A DNA stretch of 62,507 bases, the filler included, from Candidatus Zapsychrus exili (GTDB lineage: Bacteria; Omnitrophota; Gorgyraeia; Zapsychrales; Zapsychraceae): NCBI GenBank assembly GCA_030765585.1. It is 7 parts of 7 records of this genome, joined end to end, with 100 filler letters (N's around TTAATTAATTAA, not from the genome) between each part and the next. Parts side by side here need not be neighbours in the genome. Positions count along the whole stretch, not along the records: positions 29,591 to 51,613 come from JAVCCJ010000040.1; positions 51,714 to 56,452 come from JAVCCJ010000120.1; positions 56,553 to 59,414 come from JAVCCJ010000079.1; 4 more parts are not named here. One strand, given 5' to 3'. Positions 48,005 through 57,645 of the stretch are shown here, in pieces. Within the stretch, counting starts at the first letter, position 1, and every line of letters starts with the position of its first letter. The position numbers and the translations under genes were made by a program. The notes beneath the pieces were generated by a model. It ran no database searches. It worked only from the letters and a program-made list of their open reading frames with translations, and was not told where the DNA came from.

Positions 48005-50431
48005 ATGCTTTTATATTATGGTTCAACAGTTAAATTTAAAGAAGATGTCTTAAGCAATAAAATAGCTGATTTGTTAAGGACAGCTTTTAGAGAATATTCT
48101 GGGTATGATATTTCTAGAAGCGAATATTCTGCATTTCAAAATTCTCCTCAGTATTTAAAAAATCTTATTGATTTATCTTCGCTTAACGATAATTTCATTT
48201 CTTTAGAATACGAAGTTCCTTATAATACCGGAAGAATAGATTGTATGTTATTCGGAAAAGGACAGGATTCAAAAGATTACGCTGTTCTGATTGAGCTAAA
48301 ACAATGGTCAAAAGTGGAAGAAGTAGAAGGCGAAGATAATTTTGTTGAAACTTTTACGGGCGGGGCTTCTCGAAAAGTTTCTCATCCTTCTCAACAAGTT
48401 GAAGGCTACCATAATCATCTCATTAATTTTGTACAAATTTTTGAAGTTGATCCTAATTATGATTTGTACAGTTGCGCTTATTGTCATAATTATCACAAAA
48501 AGCCTGGGCAGGGTTTGTTTGCTGAACGTTATCAAAAAATTGTAGAACAGTTTCCTGTTTATTGCAAAGAGGATGTTACTACGTTAGCGAAAAAGTTAAA
48601 GGCATTGCTTGGCAAGGGCAATGGATTTGAGATTTTTAATAGATTTATGCAAAGCCCTATTAAGCCTTCTAGAAAATTACTTGAGAATGTTGCAAATATT
48701 GTTGAAAAAAATAAAGCCGTATTTTCTTTGCTTAATGAACAGCTTGTTGCGAAAAATGTGATTATGTCAAAGGTTAAGCAAGCTGAAAAAAAGAAATTAA
48801 AAGGCGTGATTGTAATTCATGGTGGGCCAGGAACAGGAAAAACGGTTATCGCGTTGAATGTTTTGGCTGATCTTGCCAGGCGAAAAAAATTTGTTCTTTA
48901 TGGTTGTAAATCCAAACCGTTTCGGGAGGCATTAGAGAAGTTAGTCGGCACTACTAGTCGAATTCTTTTTTCTAATTTAACTCGATTTTTACCTTCAAGA
49001 GTTAAAGAAGATTCTATTGATGTTGTTCTTATTGACGAAGCGCATCGTATTGCAAGCAATAGCAATGCTCGATACACTAAACGAGCTGATCGAACAGATA
49101 TGCCTCAAATTGATCAAGTTATTCGTTGTGCTAAAACAGCGGTGTTTTTTATTGACGATAATCAAACTGTGCGATTTCAAGAAGTAGGTTCTAGTCAGCT
49201 TATTAAGGCATCTGCTGAAAAATTTGATGCATCTTATGAAGATGTTCATTTGGTTTCACAATTTCGATGTGCTGGTTCGGATAATTATTTAGATTGGCTA
49301 GAATATATTTTAGGCTACAAAGAGAAGCCTGTTGATTTGACAAAAGATGAACGGTTTGAATTTAAAATATTTGATGATCCTAACAAGCTATATCATGTTA
49401 TTAAGGCGTATGAATTAAAAAAACCTAACTCTGCACGACTTGTTGCGGGTTATTGTTGGCCGTGGAGTAAAGAGCTTAATCAGGATGGCTCGCTAATTAA
49501 GGATGTTGTAATTGGAGAATATGGATTTGCAATGCCGTGGGAGGCGCAAGATAATTACGTGGGACAACTTCAAAATGGTATTCCAAAATGGTATCAATGG
49601 GCATATAAACTTGGCGGAGTAGAGCAAATAGGGTGTATTTATACGGCACAGGGTTTCGAATTTGATTATATTGGTGTGATTGTTGGGTTAGATTTAAAGT
49701 ATGACAGAGAACGCGATTGTTTAATTTGTGATATTTCTGCCAATTGCGACCCGACATTGAGACGGGATGCTGCTAATTTTGATACGTATGTAAAAAATAT
49801 TTATCGCGTCTTAATGACTAGAGGAATGAAAGGTTGTTATGTTTATTTTTGCGATAAAGAAGTTGAAGCTTATTTTAGGAGACATATTCATGGTGACCCG
49901 AATTATGTAGAGCCGCTAATGTATTCAGACATACTAAGTGATGAGCAGGAAAATATTATTAAAGTCGAAATTGAAGATCATCTTAAATATACAGAATTCT
50001 TGCCTTTGTATACAGCGGAAGCGGCTTGTGGACAGTTTGGGGAAGGGCGTGTTGTGGAACAGCAAGGTTGGGTTAAAGTTGATGGTGTTGGTATTTTGAA
50101 TAGAAATATGTTTGTTGTTCGTGCGGTTGGTCGATCGATGGAGCCAAAAATCAATGATGGAGATTATTGCATTTTTCGTTCAAACGTTGTAGGTAGTCGT
50201 CAAAATAAAATTGTACTTGTTCAGCATAGCAGCATTAATGATGCTGAGATGGGTGGACAATATACGATTAAGAAATATATTAGTAAAAAGAAGCCTCATT
50301 TGACGGAAGAATGGAAGCACGAAGAGATTCAACTTTTACCGCTTAACAGTGAATACAACCCAATTATTATAAATAATCCCAATGAAGGGGAATTTATGGT
50401 AATAGCAGAGTTTTTGTGTGTTTTAAATTAA
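48005..50431 (+). CDS. DUF2075 nuclease-helicase with C-terminal S24/LexA-like domain
   Basis: RIDCML...IELKQW; GGPGTGKT; DEAH; SQFRC; TAQG.EFDY; YRVLMTRG; GRSMEPKI...TIKK. Confidence 0.87.
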   Translation: MLLYYGSTVKFKEDVLSNKIADLLRTAFREYSGYDISRSEYSAFQNSPQYLKNLIDLSSLNDNFISLEYEVPYNTGRIDCMLFGKGQDSKDYAVLIELKQWSKVEEVEGEDNFVETFTGGASRKVSHPSQQVEGYHNHLINFVQIFEVDPNYDLYSCAYCHNYHKKPGQGLFAERYQKIVEQFPVYCKEDVTTLAKKLKALLGKGNGFEIFNRFMQSPIKPSRKLLENVANIVEKNKAVFSLLNEQLVAKNVIMSKVKQAEKKKLKGVIVIHGGPGTGKTVIALNVLADLARRKKFVLYGCKSKPFREALEKLVGTTSRILFSNLTRFLPSRVKEDSIDVVLIDEAHRIASNSNARYTKRADRTDMPQIDQVIRCAKTAVFFIDDNQTVRFQEVGSSQLIKASAEKFDASYEDVHLVSQFRCAGSDNYLDWLEYILGYKEKPVDLTKDERFEFKIFDDPNKLYHVIKAYELKKPNSARLVAGYCWPWSKELNQDGSLIKDVVIGEYGFAMPWEAQDNYVGQLQNGIPKWYQWAYKLGGVEQIGCIYTAQGFEFDYIGVIVGLDLKYDRERDCLICDISANCDPTLRRDAANFDTYVKNIYRVLMTRGMKGCYVYFCDKEVEAYFRRHIHGDPNYVEPLMYSDILSDEQENIIKVEIEDHLKYTEFLPLYTAEAACGQFGEGRVVEQQGWVKVDGVGILNRNMFVVRAVGRSMEPKINDGDYCIFRSNVVGSRQNKIVLVQHSSINDAEMGGQYTIKKYISKKKPHLTEEWKHEEIQLLPLNSEYNPIIINNPNEGEFMVIAEFLCVLN

Positions 50432-50462
50432 TATTGTTTTTTAATTATGAGAGATTGAGAAA

Positions 50463-51512
50463 ATGAAAGAAAATTTAGCCCAGATACTATTGACTTATCT
50501 ACCAAGTAAAAAAAGTTTGCTTAAAAGTCATCCACTTGGTCAATTTATTCGCCATACGACTCCACATATGATGATTAAATTAGCCTCTATTAGTAAGGCC
50601 TATCAGGTTGAAGGTAGTGTAGGGAAAGGGAGTTGGGCTGAAATACCATGGATATGTGTATTTGATAGAGAAGTTACGCAAACAGCACAAAAAGGTTATT
50701 ATATTGTTTATTTATTTCGTGCTGATATGAAAGGAGTATATTTATCATTAAATCAAGGATGGACTCAATTTAAAGATAGGTTTAGGTCAGTATCTGAGGC
50801 TAAAAGAAAAATACAAGCTTCTGCAGAAATGCTTAGGAACGTTTTGAATTCGCATACGGGTTTCAACGAAAAGCGAATAGACCTCGCAACAAAGCAAACC
50901 TTAGGACAGGGATATGAACTTGGTCATATTTGTGGGAAATACTATGATCGAGATAATTTACCGGAACATTCAGTTTTAATAGATGATTTGAGAAATCTAT
51001 TAGGTGTATATCGAGAGCTTAAAGGGAAGCTTGCTGGAAAGCCTCTTTTAGAAATGTTTTCAGAGCATGCTTATGAATGTGAAAATCTTTATGTTAATGA
51101 AGGGGAAAGACCACAAAAAGAAGATTATGATAATATTAAAAAGTTGATTATAGATATTAAAAGGCCTGAAGAGATCGATTCGTTACTTATTGAGCTTGAA
51201 GAAGAGATGAAAGGGAAAGAGATAAAAACTCGTCAAAGACTAGCAAACACTATAGTACGCAATCAAAAGATTGCAGAACTTGTTAAAATGAAAGCAAATT
51301 ATGTTTGTGCGCTTTGTCAGTGTTCCGGGTTTGAGAAGAGGAAAGGTGGATTGTATGCAGAAGTCCATCATGTAGAAGAATTGTCTGAACATGGTAAGGA
51401 TCTGCCAAGTAATATGATATGTGTTTGCCCTCTTTGCCATAGAAAGATTCATTTTGGAAAAGAAATTAATAATACAGTAATAATACAGAAACGTGTAAGT
51501 TCAAGCCTCTAG
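50463..51512 (+). CDS. DUF3578/McrB-N-like domain + HNH endonuclease (type IV restriction-like)
   Basis: GSVGKG.WAEIPWI...GYYIVYLF...YLSLNQG; C..C...EVHHV...N..CVCPLCH; stop lies in the IS30 IRL. Confidence 0.85.
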   Translation: MKENLAQILLTYLPSKKSLLKSHPLGQFIRHTTPHMMIKLASISKAYQVEGSVGKGSWAEIPWICVFDREVTQTAQKGYYIVYLFRADMKGVYLSLNQGWTQFKDRFRSVSEAKRKIQASAEMLRNVLNSHTGFNEKRIDLATKQTLGQGYELGHICGKYYDRDNLPEHSVLIDDLRNLLGVYRELKGKLAGKPLLEMFSEHAYECENLYVNEGERPQKEDYDNIKKLIIDIKRPEEIDSLLIELEEEMKGKEIKTRQRLANTIVRNQKIAELVKMKANYVCALCQCSGFEKRKGGLYAEVHHVEELSEHGKDLPSNMICVCPLCHRKIHFGKEINNTVIIQKRVSSSL

Positions 51513-51613
51513 CGCAACACTTTACCTGTTATAATAACGGGGAAAGGAGTTGCTTATGGCTAAATATACTAGATTAACTTTTATTGAGCGTGAAGAAATC
51601 AGCCGACAATTAG
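51494..51613 (+). mobile_element. IS30-family element, left end with transposase start (ATG 51556)
   Basis: IRL TGTAAGTTCAAGCCTCTAGCGCAACA (20/26 match to IRR); MAKYTRLTFIEREEISRQL. Confidence 0.88.
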
Positions 51614-51713
51614 NNNNNNNNNNNNNNNNNNNNNNNNNNNNNNNNNNNNNNNNNNNNTTAATTAATTAANNNNNNNNNNNNNNNNNNNNNNNNNNNNNNN
51701 NNNNNNNNNNNNN

Positions 51714-51832
51714 CAGAAAAGAAATTAAAAGAGGTCCAAGAACTATTAAACGACAGGCCTCGAAAAGTACATGATTTTTATACACCTAATGAGGTATTCT
51801 TTAAACTGTTGCACTAGAAACTAGAATCTACA
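51714..51832 (+). mobile_element. IS30-family element, right end
   Basis: LNDRPRK..D..TP.E IS30 C-terminal motif; ends ...GAATCTACA. Confidence 0.88.
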
Positions 51833-52389
51833 ACGTTCTGAGTTACTCCTATCTTATTTTCTCTCGCTTCTTGATATAACTTTTCAAATAATTCAGCATG
51901 TTTAACGTTTGGTGGGATTGTCATAGGTGAAGCGTACCCTTCGCTAATAATTATAGAGTTTATAAGTAAGCAGGCAACGGCGTCAGACCCAATCCCTATA
52001 AGAAAGCGATGTCTATGCTCTAATGTAGGATATTTCTTCCCCAACCGTATAGGCAGATAAACATAAGCCAATAATCGACCATACTTATCTTTCTTCTCAA
52101 CATCATATTCTAATTGAACTTCTGTTCCTACTGGTAGGAGGCTCTTTACAAATTCTGTAGACTGTTTACCTAATTCCTTAATAGTCTCTACATCTTGCCC
52201 TGTTCTTTCAGCATTTCTGTGTAACTTCTTTGATTCATGAGTTTCTGGAGTGTCTATACCTATAAGACAGACCCTTTCGCCATTAGTGAGCTTAAGGGTG
52301 CCTCCATCAATAACTCGCTCAACAGTATAAACTTGGGCATAAGCTGTTGTAGTAAATAATAAAATTAAGATTGTTAGTAGTTTTTTCAT
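51814..52389 (-). CDS. Secreted thermonuclease (SNase) family protein
   Basis: Signal peptide; VERVIDGGT, LIGIDTPE, DKYGRLLAYVY, PPNVKH; stop supplied by the IS30 end. Confidence 0.8.
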   Translation of the reverse strand: MKKLLTILILLFTTTAYAQVYTVERVIDGGTLKLTNGERVCLIGIDTPETHESKKLHRNAERTGQDVETIKELGKQSTEFVKSLLPVGTEVQLEYDVEKKDKYGRLLAYVYLPIRLGKKYPTLEHRHRFLIGIGSDAVACLLINSIIISEGYASPMTIPPNVKHAELFEKLYQEARENKIGVTQNVVDSSF

Positions 52390-52532
52390 AATGTATGAAT
52401 TCTGAATTCCTGTGCCACGCACCGTAACCTTAATTAGTTTAGGTTATGGCGTGTGTCGCCAAAACTATCTTCACTGTTTTGTCAACATAAACGTGAAATA
52501 GCTATATAATACTAGTCATTTTCACGGTTATG

Positions 52533-52570
52533 AATTATTGGGGACAGGTACCAACCTGTCCCCAATAATT
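52533..52570. repeat. Perfect 17-bp-stem GGGGAC/GTCCCC hairpin
   Basis: AATTATTGGGGACAGGT-ACCA-ACCTGTCCCCAATAATT, at the stop of the VF530 gene. Confidence 0.85.
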
Positions 52571-52790
52571 ACTTCGACTTCATACTTAAATAAAGCTTCT
52601 CAACCTTTTTACGTGCCCACGGAGTTTTGCGTAAAAACGTCAAACTTGACTTAATGCTTGGGTCGTAAACAAAACATCTGATATCAATTAGGTCACCTAA
52701 CTCATCAAAACCATAATGCTCAACTAAATCTTCAAGCATCATCTTTAAAGTTATGCCGTGCAGTGGGTCATTTGTTTTGTGTTCTACCAT
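52569..52790 (-). CDS. VF530/DUF2132 DNA-binding protein
   Basis: NDPLHGITL...CF..DPSIKSSLTFLRKTPWAR. Confidence 0.92.
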   Translation of the reverse strand: MVEHKTNDPLHGITLKMMLEDLVEHYGFDELGDLIDIRCFVYDPSIKSSLTFLRKTPWARKKVEKLYLSMKSK

Positions 52791-52914
52791 ACAACAACCT
52801 TACCATTCTGGAGTCTTACTTTCAAGCTCTAGGTGATAATAGTGAGGACAGACTTAAGTATAAGCTGGGACCTATCACCATTTATTTTATCTATTTCTAT
52901 CTATTTCTTCTTTG

Positions 52915-53616
52915 TTATTCAGCTGTTCCTCCAACTATTCCAGTCTGAAGTTTATTTCTGTCTTTTTTCCACACAGTTATTAAAAGGCTAAGCAACCCAA
53001 ACAAAATTGTTAAAATTAATCCAATCAATCCTACTGGCAAATTCCATCTATTTTTATTAGCAAGATCATTTAATTCTCGATTCTTTGATTTCACAAACTC
53101 ACGAATCTCTTCAAAGTTTTCCTTTATAAGCTCCTGATTATTTGATTTTATTGCTATTTCAAGATTTTTTAAAGCTATTCTTTGTTCATTTTGTAATCCA
53201 AAATATGGATCCACTTTCTTCTCGGATTCTATAATTGAAAAAATCATAGAAATCCTTTCTACATTTGGAGAACTGCTCAAATATTCAGATTTAATACAAT
53301 CTTCTAAAGTATTAATATATCCATATTCTTCTAAAATATTGTTACAATGCCTATTTGCCGAATTAAAAATAATCTTAATCTTTCTTTCAAGACTATCTTG
53401 TCCAATTTCTTTATCAGGAATTCCATGTAAAGCAGCAACAAATTCTTCCTTTGCCTTTATTAACTGATTCTTATCCTCATGTTCAGAAATAGCTCGGATA
53501 GAAAAGGAAAAGACTATTACAAGATATACTATGAAGACAATTGTAGTAAAAAAAGGATGCCTCTTAAATACTTTTTTATAAGACAAGAAAATTCTTGTTG
53601 GCATATCTTCAATCAT
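52915..53616 (-). CDS. Membrane protein with N- and C-terminal TM helices
   Basis: Two hydrophobic segments flanking a helical domain. Confidence 0.65.
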   Translation of the reverse strand: MIEDMPTRIFLSYKKVFKRHPFFTTIVFIVYLVIVFSFSIRAISEHEDKNQLIKAKEEFVAALHGIPDKEIGQDSLERKIKIIFNSANRHCNNILEEYGYINTLEDCIKSEYLSSSPNVERISMIFSIIESEKKVDPYFGLQNEQRIALKNLEIAIKSNNQELIKENFEEIREFVKSKNRELNDLANKNRWNLPVGLIGLILTILFGLLSLLITVWKKDRNKLQTGIVGGTAE

Positions 53617-53646
53617 TTTATTCTCCTTTTCACTATTAATAAAACT

Positions 53647-54470
53647 CTAGAAGGAAGTATTTATATTACCTCTAGTGCCTACTTGCTTAGTAATTATTAT
53701 CATCCCATCAGACCGTGTAGTAAGAACATATCTTTTATCTGGTCCACCGCCCCATAAAACACCTTTAGCATGACTGGCATAAATATTTTTCTGCGTTTCA
53801 TGAACAATTTCTTTATCAGATATGACAACAATTTCTGGATGACAGTAGTCAAACACTTCACGACAATACCCGTCTTCCCGTCCATGATGAGAAGCAATAA
53901 AAATATCAACTTTTGCTAAATGATTACAAAATGCATTATTCATTAACAATTTTAACCAGCCCTCTTTCTCTAAATCTCCTGGAAAAATAACGGTTAATCC
54001 ATCACACTCAATGAATGTCACTAAACTCAAATTATTAGTGTCTAAGAAATCAGGATAAGAGTTTTGATAAAAAGTATATTCTAAGTTCTTATAGAAAGGA
54101 GCTGTTAGCGAGGTTACTCCGATTGAGTATTTATCCATCATATTAACAGCTTGTTTCATGGCATCAGTTAATGGTCCAGATTTCTGCTTTATTTTAATTA
54201 AAGTGGCTAAAGAGAGAAGAGAGACCGATTACAAGAAAATGTTTTTATTGGTAAAGCTTTTCGCAAGTTAGGTAAATCACTAACATGGTCTTGATCAAAA
54301 TTTTGAATAATCAACTGTTCAATTCCTTTGCAACCATTCTTTATTAAATATTCTGAAGGGTAAAATTTGGCTCCTTCGTTATGGCCGCAATCAAAAAGCA
54401 TTACATTGCCATTATCTGCAATAAGATACGCACAAAAACCATGCGAAACATCAAATATTTTTATTTCCAT
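53647..54470 (-). pseudogene. ComEC/Rec2-like MBL-fold hydrolase, frameshifted at 54211-54224
   Basis: FDVSHGFCA...FDCG...QNFDQDH in ORF 54207-54470; NNLS...FPGDLE..GW...ASHHGR in ORF 53647-54159; the break is in a TC-repeat tract. Confidence 0.8.
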
Positions 54471-54473
54471 ATA

Positions 54474-55166
54474 TTAATCCTTTGATAGATATTGTTCATA
54501 TAAAATTTTTGCATAATAATGCCCAAATCTACTTATAATAAATTTGCTGAAAAGAACGAACAATATATAAATAATCAACAAAACTACACTAAACAAACAA
54601 GCTGTTTCATTCAAACATAATGATTTAAATATATATATATTAAAAAGAGAAACAGCTATTGCAACTAAACAACCTCCCAAAAAATTCCGTACAAACCCAT
54701 ATTCCATATTATGTCGCAATAACATCTCATTCTTATTCAAAAATGTTCTAATTTGTGAAACAGCCATAACTATTTGTTTTCTTGCTCGGCTCTCATCGTC
54801 TACCTCTTCCTGATTTGACAATAAATTTATTCTAAAATTCAACTCAATCTTATCTCTTATTTGATTTTTTATTTCTAAAGTAAAGTGATCATCTTTTAAT
54901 AATAAATATCTTGTGGTTGGCATATCTTCTTCATCTTTAAAATAAATCCTCTGAAAAACTTCCTTTGATAAAAATCTATTTAAATAAACTAAAGCAAAAA
55001 TAAGAATTCCTGAAAAAGTTAAATCTGCAAATACGGGAAGTCCCCAAAGAAAAGACAAAAACTCATGAACCTTAGTTCCTGTTGTAAAGTAATAGAAAAC
55101 AATGAAAGGCATGCTTGTTAATATTGCAGGAAATAACCTTGCGTAATAATAATATTTATTCTTCAT
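54474..55166 (-). CDS. Four-TM membrane protein, putative defence effector
   Basis: ARLFPAIL...PTT...N..YGFVRN, with two N- and two C-terminal hydrophobic helices. Confidence 0.65.
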   Translation of the reverse strand: MKNKYYYYARLFPAILTSMPFIVFYYFTTGTKVHEFLSFLWGLPVFADLTFSGILIFALVYLNRFLSKEVFQRIYFKDEEDMPTTRYLLLKDDHFTLEIKNQIRDKIELNFRINLLSNQEEVDDESRARKQIVMAVSQIRTFLNKNEMLLRHNMEYGFVRNFLGGCLVAIAVSLFNIYIFKSLCLNETACLFSVVLLIIYILFVLFSKFIISRFGHYYAKILYEQYLSKD

Positions 55167-55257
55167 TTATTATTCTCCAATTTAAATATTATGCTAAGAA
55201 TTAAGAAATACCTTCACTATCTATTATCTTTTATGGGAACGGTCCTACATATTAAAA

Positions 55258-56208
55258 TCACCACTTTTTAATAGCACGTACTGTCTTCCTGTCCCTCAAT
55301 TTCACCTGATTCTGATTTAAATTATCTGGAGTATCAATAAATCTCACATCTGTAGTTCCATTTTCATAGATAGAAATTTTAATAGACTTATTACATTCAC
55401 GAGTAGAAATCATTTTTGAAAGCTTATCCCTCCCATTCACCATAAATCCATTACTATTTTCTTTCTTCGAATATTCGCTATCAACATGTTCATCGCCTGA
55501 TTTAGCAGAAACAATATAAAGATCTGGTTTTCCAGTAGACTCTAAGATATCCGACGTAAAACCTGTTTCATGTCCATGATGTGAGGCAACAAAGAAATTA
55601 ATATTACTAACATGCGATTTTAATGTTTTATTTTCTAAAAACTTATTCCACCCCTCAGCTTCAATATCCCCAGGGAAAAGAATACTTTTCCCTGCATAGC
55701 GAATAACAGTAATATAGCTTCGATTATTAATAATCTTGTCATCACTAGATGATGCGTCCTCCGCATTATCGTAAGAAATTTGCTTTGATTTAAAATAATC
55801 AAAACCCCAATCAGGAGCCTCCTCAGGATCCTTCGTATAACTTGCTTGAAATTTTCTAAATTTTCTTAAAGTCTCTACTCCAATATCACCAGATTTTGCG
55901 GTCTTAATTTTACTCTCCAAAAACTTTAAGGTTTCTTTATCCCGTAATAATGTTTTTGGCTTTTCATACCCCTCTAAACTTCCAACATCACTAAAATGAT
56001 CTCCATGAAGATGCGAAACTATTAATTTTGGAATCCTCCTCTTATTATAATGCACAAGAGACTGGCAATACTCTTTACGAATATACTTTGCAGGTGAAAA
56101 ACATTGCCTTCCTCCAATATCATATAATAAACCATAATCATTAGGAGACTTAATAAAAGCGCAAAACCCATGTTCAACGTCAAATATAATACACTCAAGT
56201 TTTTTCAT
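55258..56208 (-). CDS. ComEC/Rec2-like MBL-fold hydrolase
   Basis: FDVEHGFCA, YDIG, SHLHGDH, NNRS, FPGDIE..GW, ASHHG; GGAGG RBS before ATG 56208. Confidence 0.82.
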   Translation of the reverse strand: MKKLECIIFDVEHGFCAFIKSPNDYGLLYDIGGRQCFSPAKYIRKEYCQSLVHYNKRRIPKLIVSHLHGDHFSDVGSLEGYEKPKTLLRDKETLKFLESKIKTAKSGDIGVETLRKFRKFQASYTKDPEEAPDWGFDYFKSKQISYDNAEDASSSDDKIINNRSYITVIRYAGKSILFPGDIEAEGWNKFLENKTLKSHVSNINFFVASHHGHETGFTSDILESTGKPDLYIVSAKSGDEHVDSEYSKKENSNGFMVNGRDKLSKMISTRECNKSIKISIYENGTTDVRFIDTPDNLNQNQVKLRDRKTVRAIKKW

Positions 56209-56376
56209 TTTATTCCTCCTCCAAATGAATTTTATAAAACATTTCTGCGTATCTTCTTTTAACTTTATAGAACGTTTCTTAACATCCCCTTTAACACCAA
56301 CAACTTCTGACAAGAGTGTCCACCATCGGACACTTCTAACATAAATCCTTTAATTCCAATGGTTTATTTAAACCGT

Positions 56377-56452
56377 TGTAAGTTCAAGCCTCTAGCGCAA
56401 CACTTTACCTGTTATAATAACGGGGAAAGGAGTTGCTTATGGCTAAATATAC
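56377..56452 (+). mobile_element. IS30-family element, left end (another copy)
   Basis: Identical to 51494-51569. Confidence 0.88.
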
Positions 56453-56552
56453 NNNNNNNNNNNNNNNNNNNNNNNNNNNNNNNNNNNNNNNNNNNNTTAA
56501 TTAATTAANNNNNNNNNNNNNNNNNNNNNNNNNNNNNNNNNNNNNNNNNNNN

Positions 56553-57596
56553 CTTATAAAATTAATCTATATTCTTTATGGAGAGAAAGGATTAAGTAAT
56601 AATTCAATTGTAAATTATCTTAATGAAAATGCTATTTCAGCACCAAACGGCAGTAAATGGAGCAAGTCAACCATATGGAGCATTCATCATAATCAGGCGT
56701 ATATTGGTAATACTGTTTACAATATACGTAATTATCATAAACGAAATGGAGAAAGTAAATTTAATCCGAAGAAGGACTGGATTGTTACAGAAAATACCCA
56801 TCAGGCTATTATTACCAAAGAATTATGGAACAAGGTTCAGGCCAGGACAAGGCAGGCTTTTTTAGGTGGAATGTTTCTTACTAAAAAAGATAAACCGCAA
56901 AGCCCTTATTTATTAAGCAGTATTATGTATTGTGGAATATGTAAGTCAAAATGGCAAGGTAGGCGTTATCATCTTAAGGATAGAGTGAGACGTATATATG
57001 TTTGCGGTGGATATCATGCCTATGGTTCTAAATCGTGTGTAAGTTGGCAGATTGATGCTGATGATATAGAAAAGAAAATTATTAGTTGTGTAATGGAAAA
57101 GTTGGATACGGGAACATGGAGAGAAGATTTGGAGAATAGGCTGAGAGAAAAGATTTCTCTGATGCAGGATAGGTCAGATAACCGGCTTAGGGAATTGGAT
57201 ATACAGATTAAGGAAATAGCTTTAAAAATCAGGAATTGGGAGGAAGCAATAGAAAAGGGCCTTAATTTAGATCGGGCAGTAGCAAATATAAATAAATTGG
57301 AGCATACAAGAGATGGTCTTTTGGATGAACGTATTAAAATTACAACAAACCTGGAAGGAAAAACTGACATAGAGAGAATTACAAAGAAAATGATAGGTTA
57401 CTTAGATAATTTTAATGATGTTTTAGAGCATGGCGCTATGGAGGAAAAGAAAAAGTTTATAAAGCAATTCGTAAAAGAAATAATAGTAAATCCAAGAGAA
57501 AAAACGGCTAAAATTATGATTTATAAAAATGCGGAGTATGATATAATAATGGGGATTAGGAATTGTGAAGATTTGGTGGAGATAGATTACCCGTAG
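56553..57596 (+). CDS. Large serine recombinase, C-terminal part (5' truncated)
   Basis: Frame open from contig start: W.KSTI..I..N.AYIG, HQAIITKELW.KVQ, LLSSIMYCGIC zinc ribbon, coiled coil. Confidence 0.88.
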   Translation, partial: LIKLIYILYGEKGLSNNSIVNYLNENAISAPNGSKWSKSTIWSIHHNQAYIGNTVYNIRNYHKRNGESKFNPKKDWIVTENTHQAIITKELWNKVQARTRQAFLGGMFLTKKDKPQSPYLLSSIMYCGICKSKWQGRRYHLKDRVRRIYVCGGYHAYGSKSCVSWQIDADDIEKKIISCVMEKLDTGTWREDLENRLREKISLMQDRSDNRLRELDIQIKEIALKIRNWEEAIEKGLNLDRAVANINKLEHTRDGLLDERIKITTNLEGKTDIERITKKMIGYLDNFNDVLEHGAMEEKKKFIKQFVKEIIVNPREKTAKIMIYKNAEYDIIMGIRNCEDLVEIDYP

Positions 57597-57645
57597 GATT
57601 CAGTAAAAAACGAAGTTTGGGTATTAATTGTTATACGAGAAAAAT

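Noticed and set aside
56623..56865. 80-aa ORF in the track
   Set aside because: It is an alternate frame of the serine recombinase, whose true frame is open from 56553.
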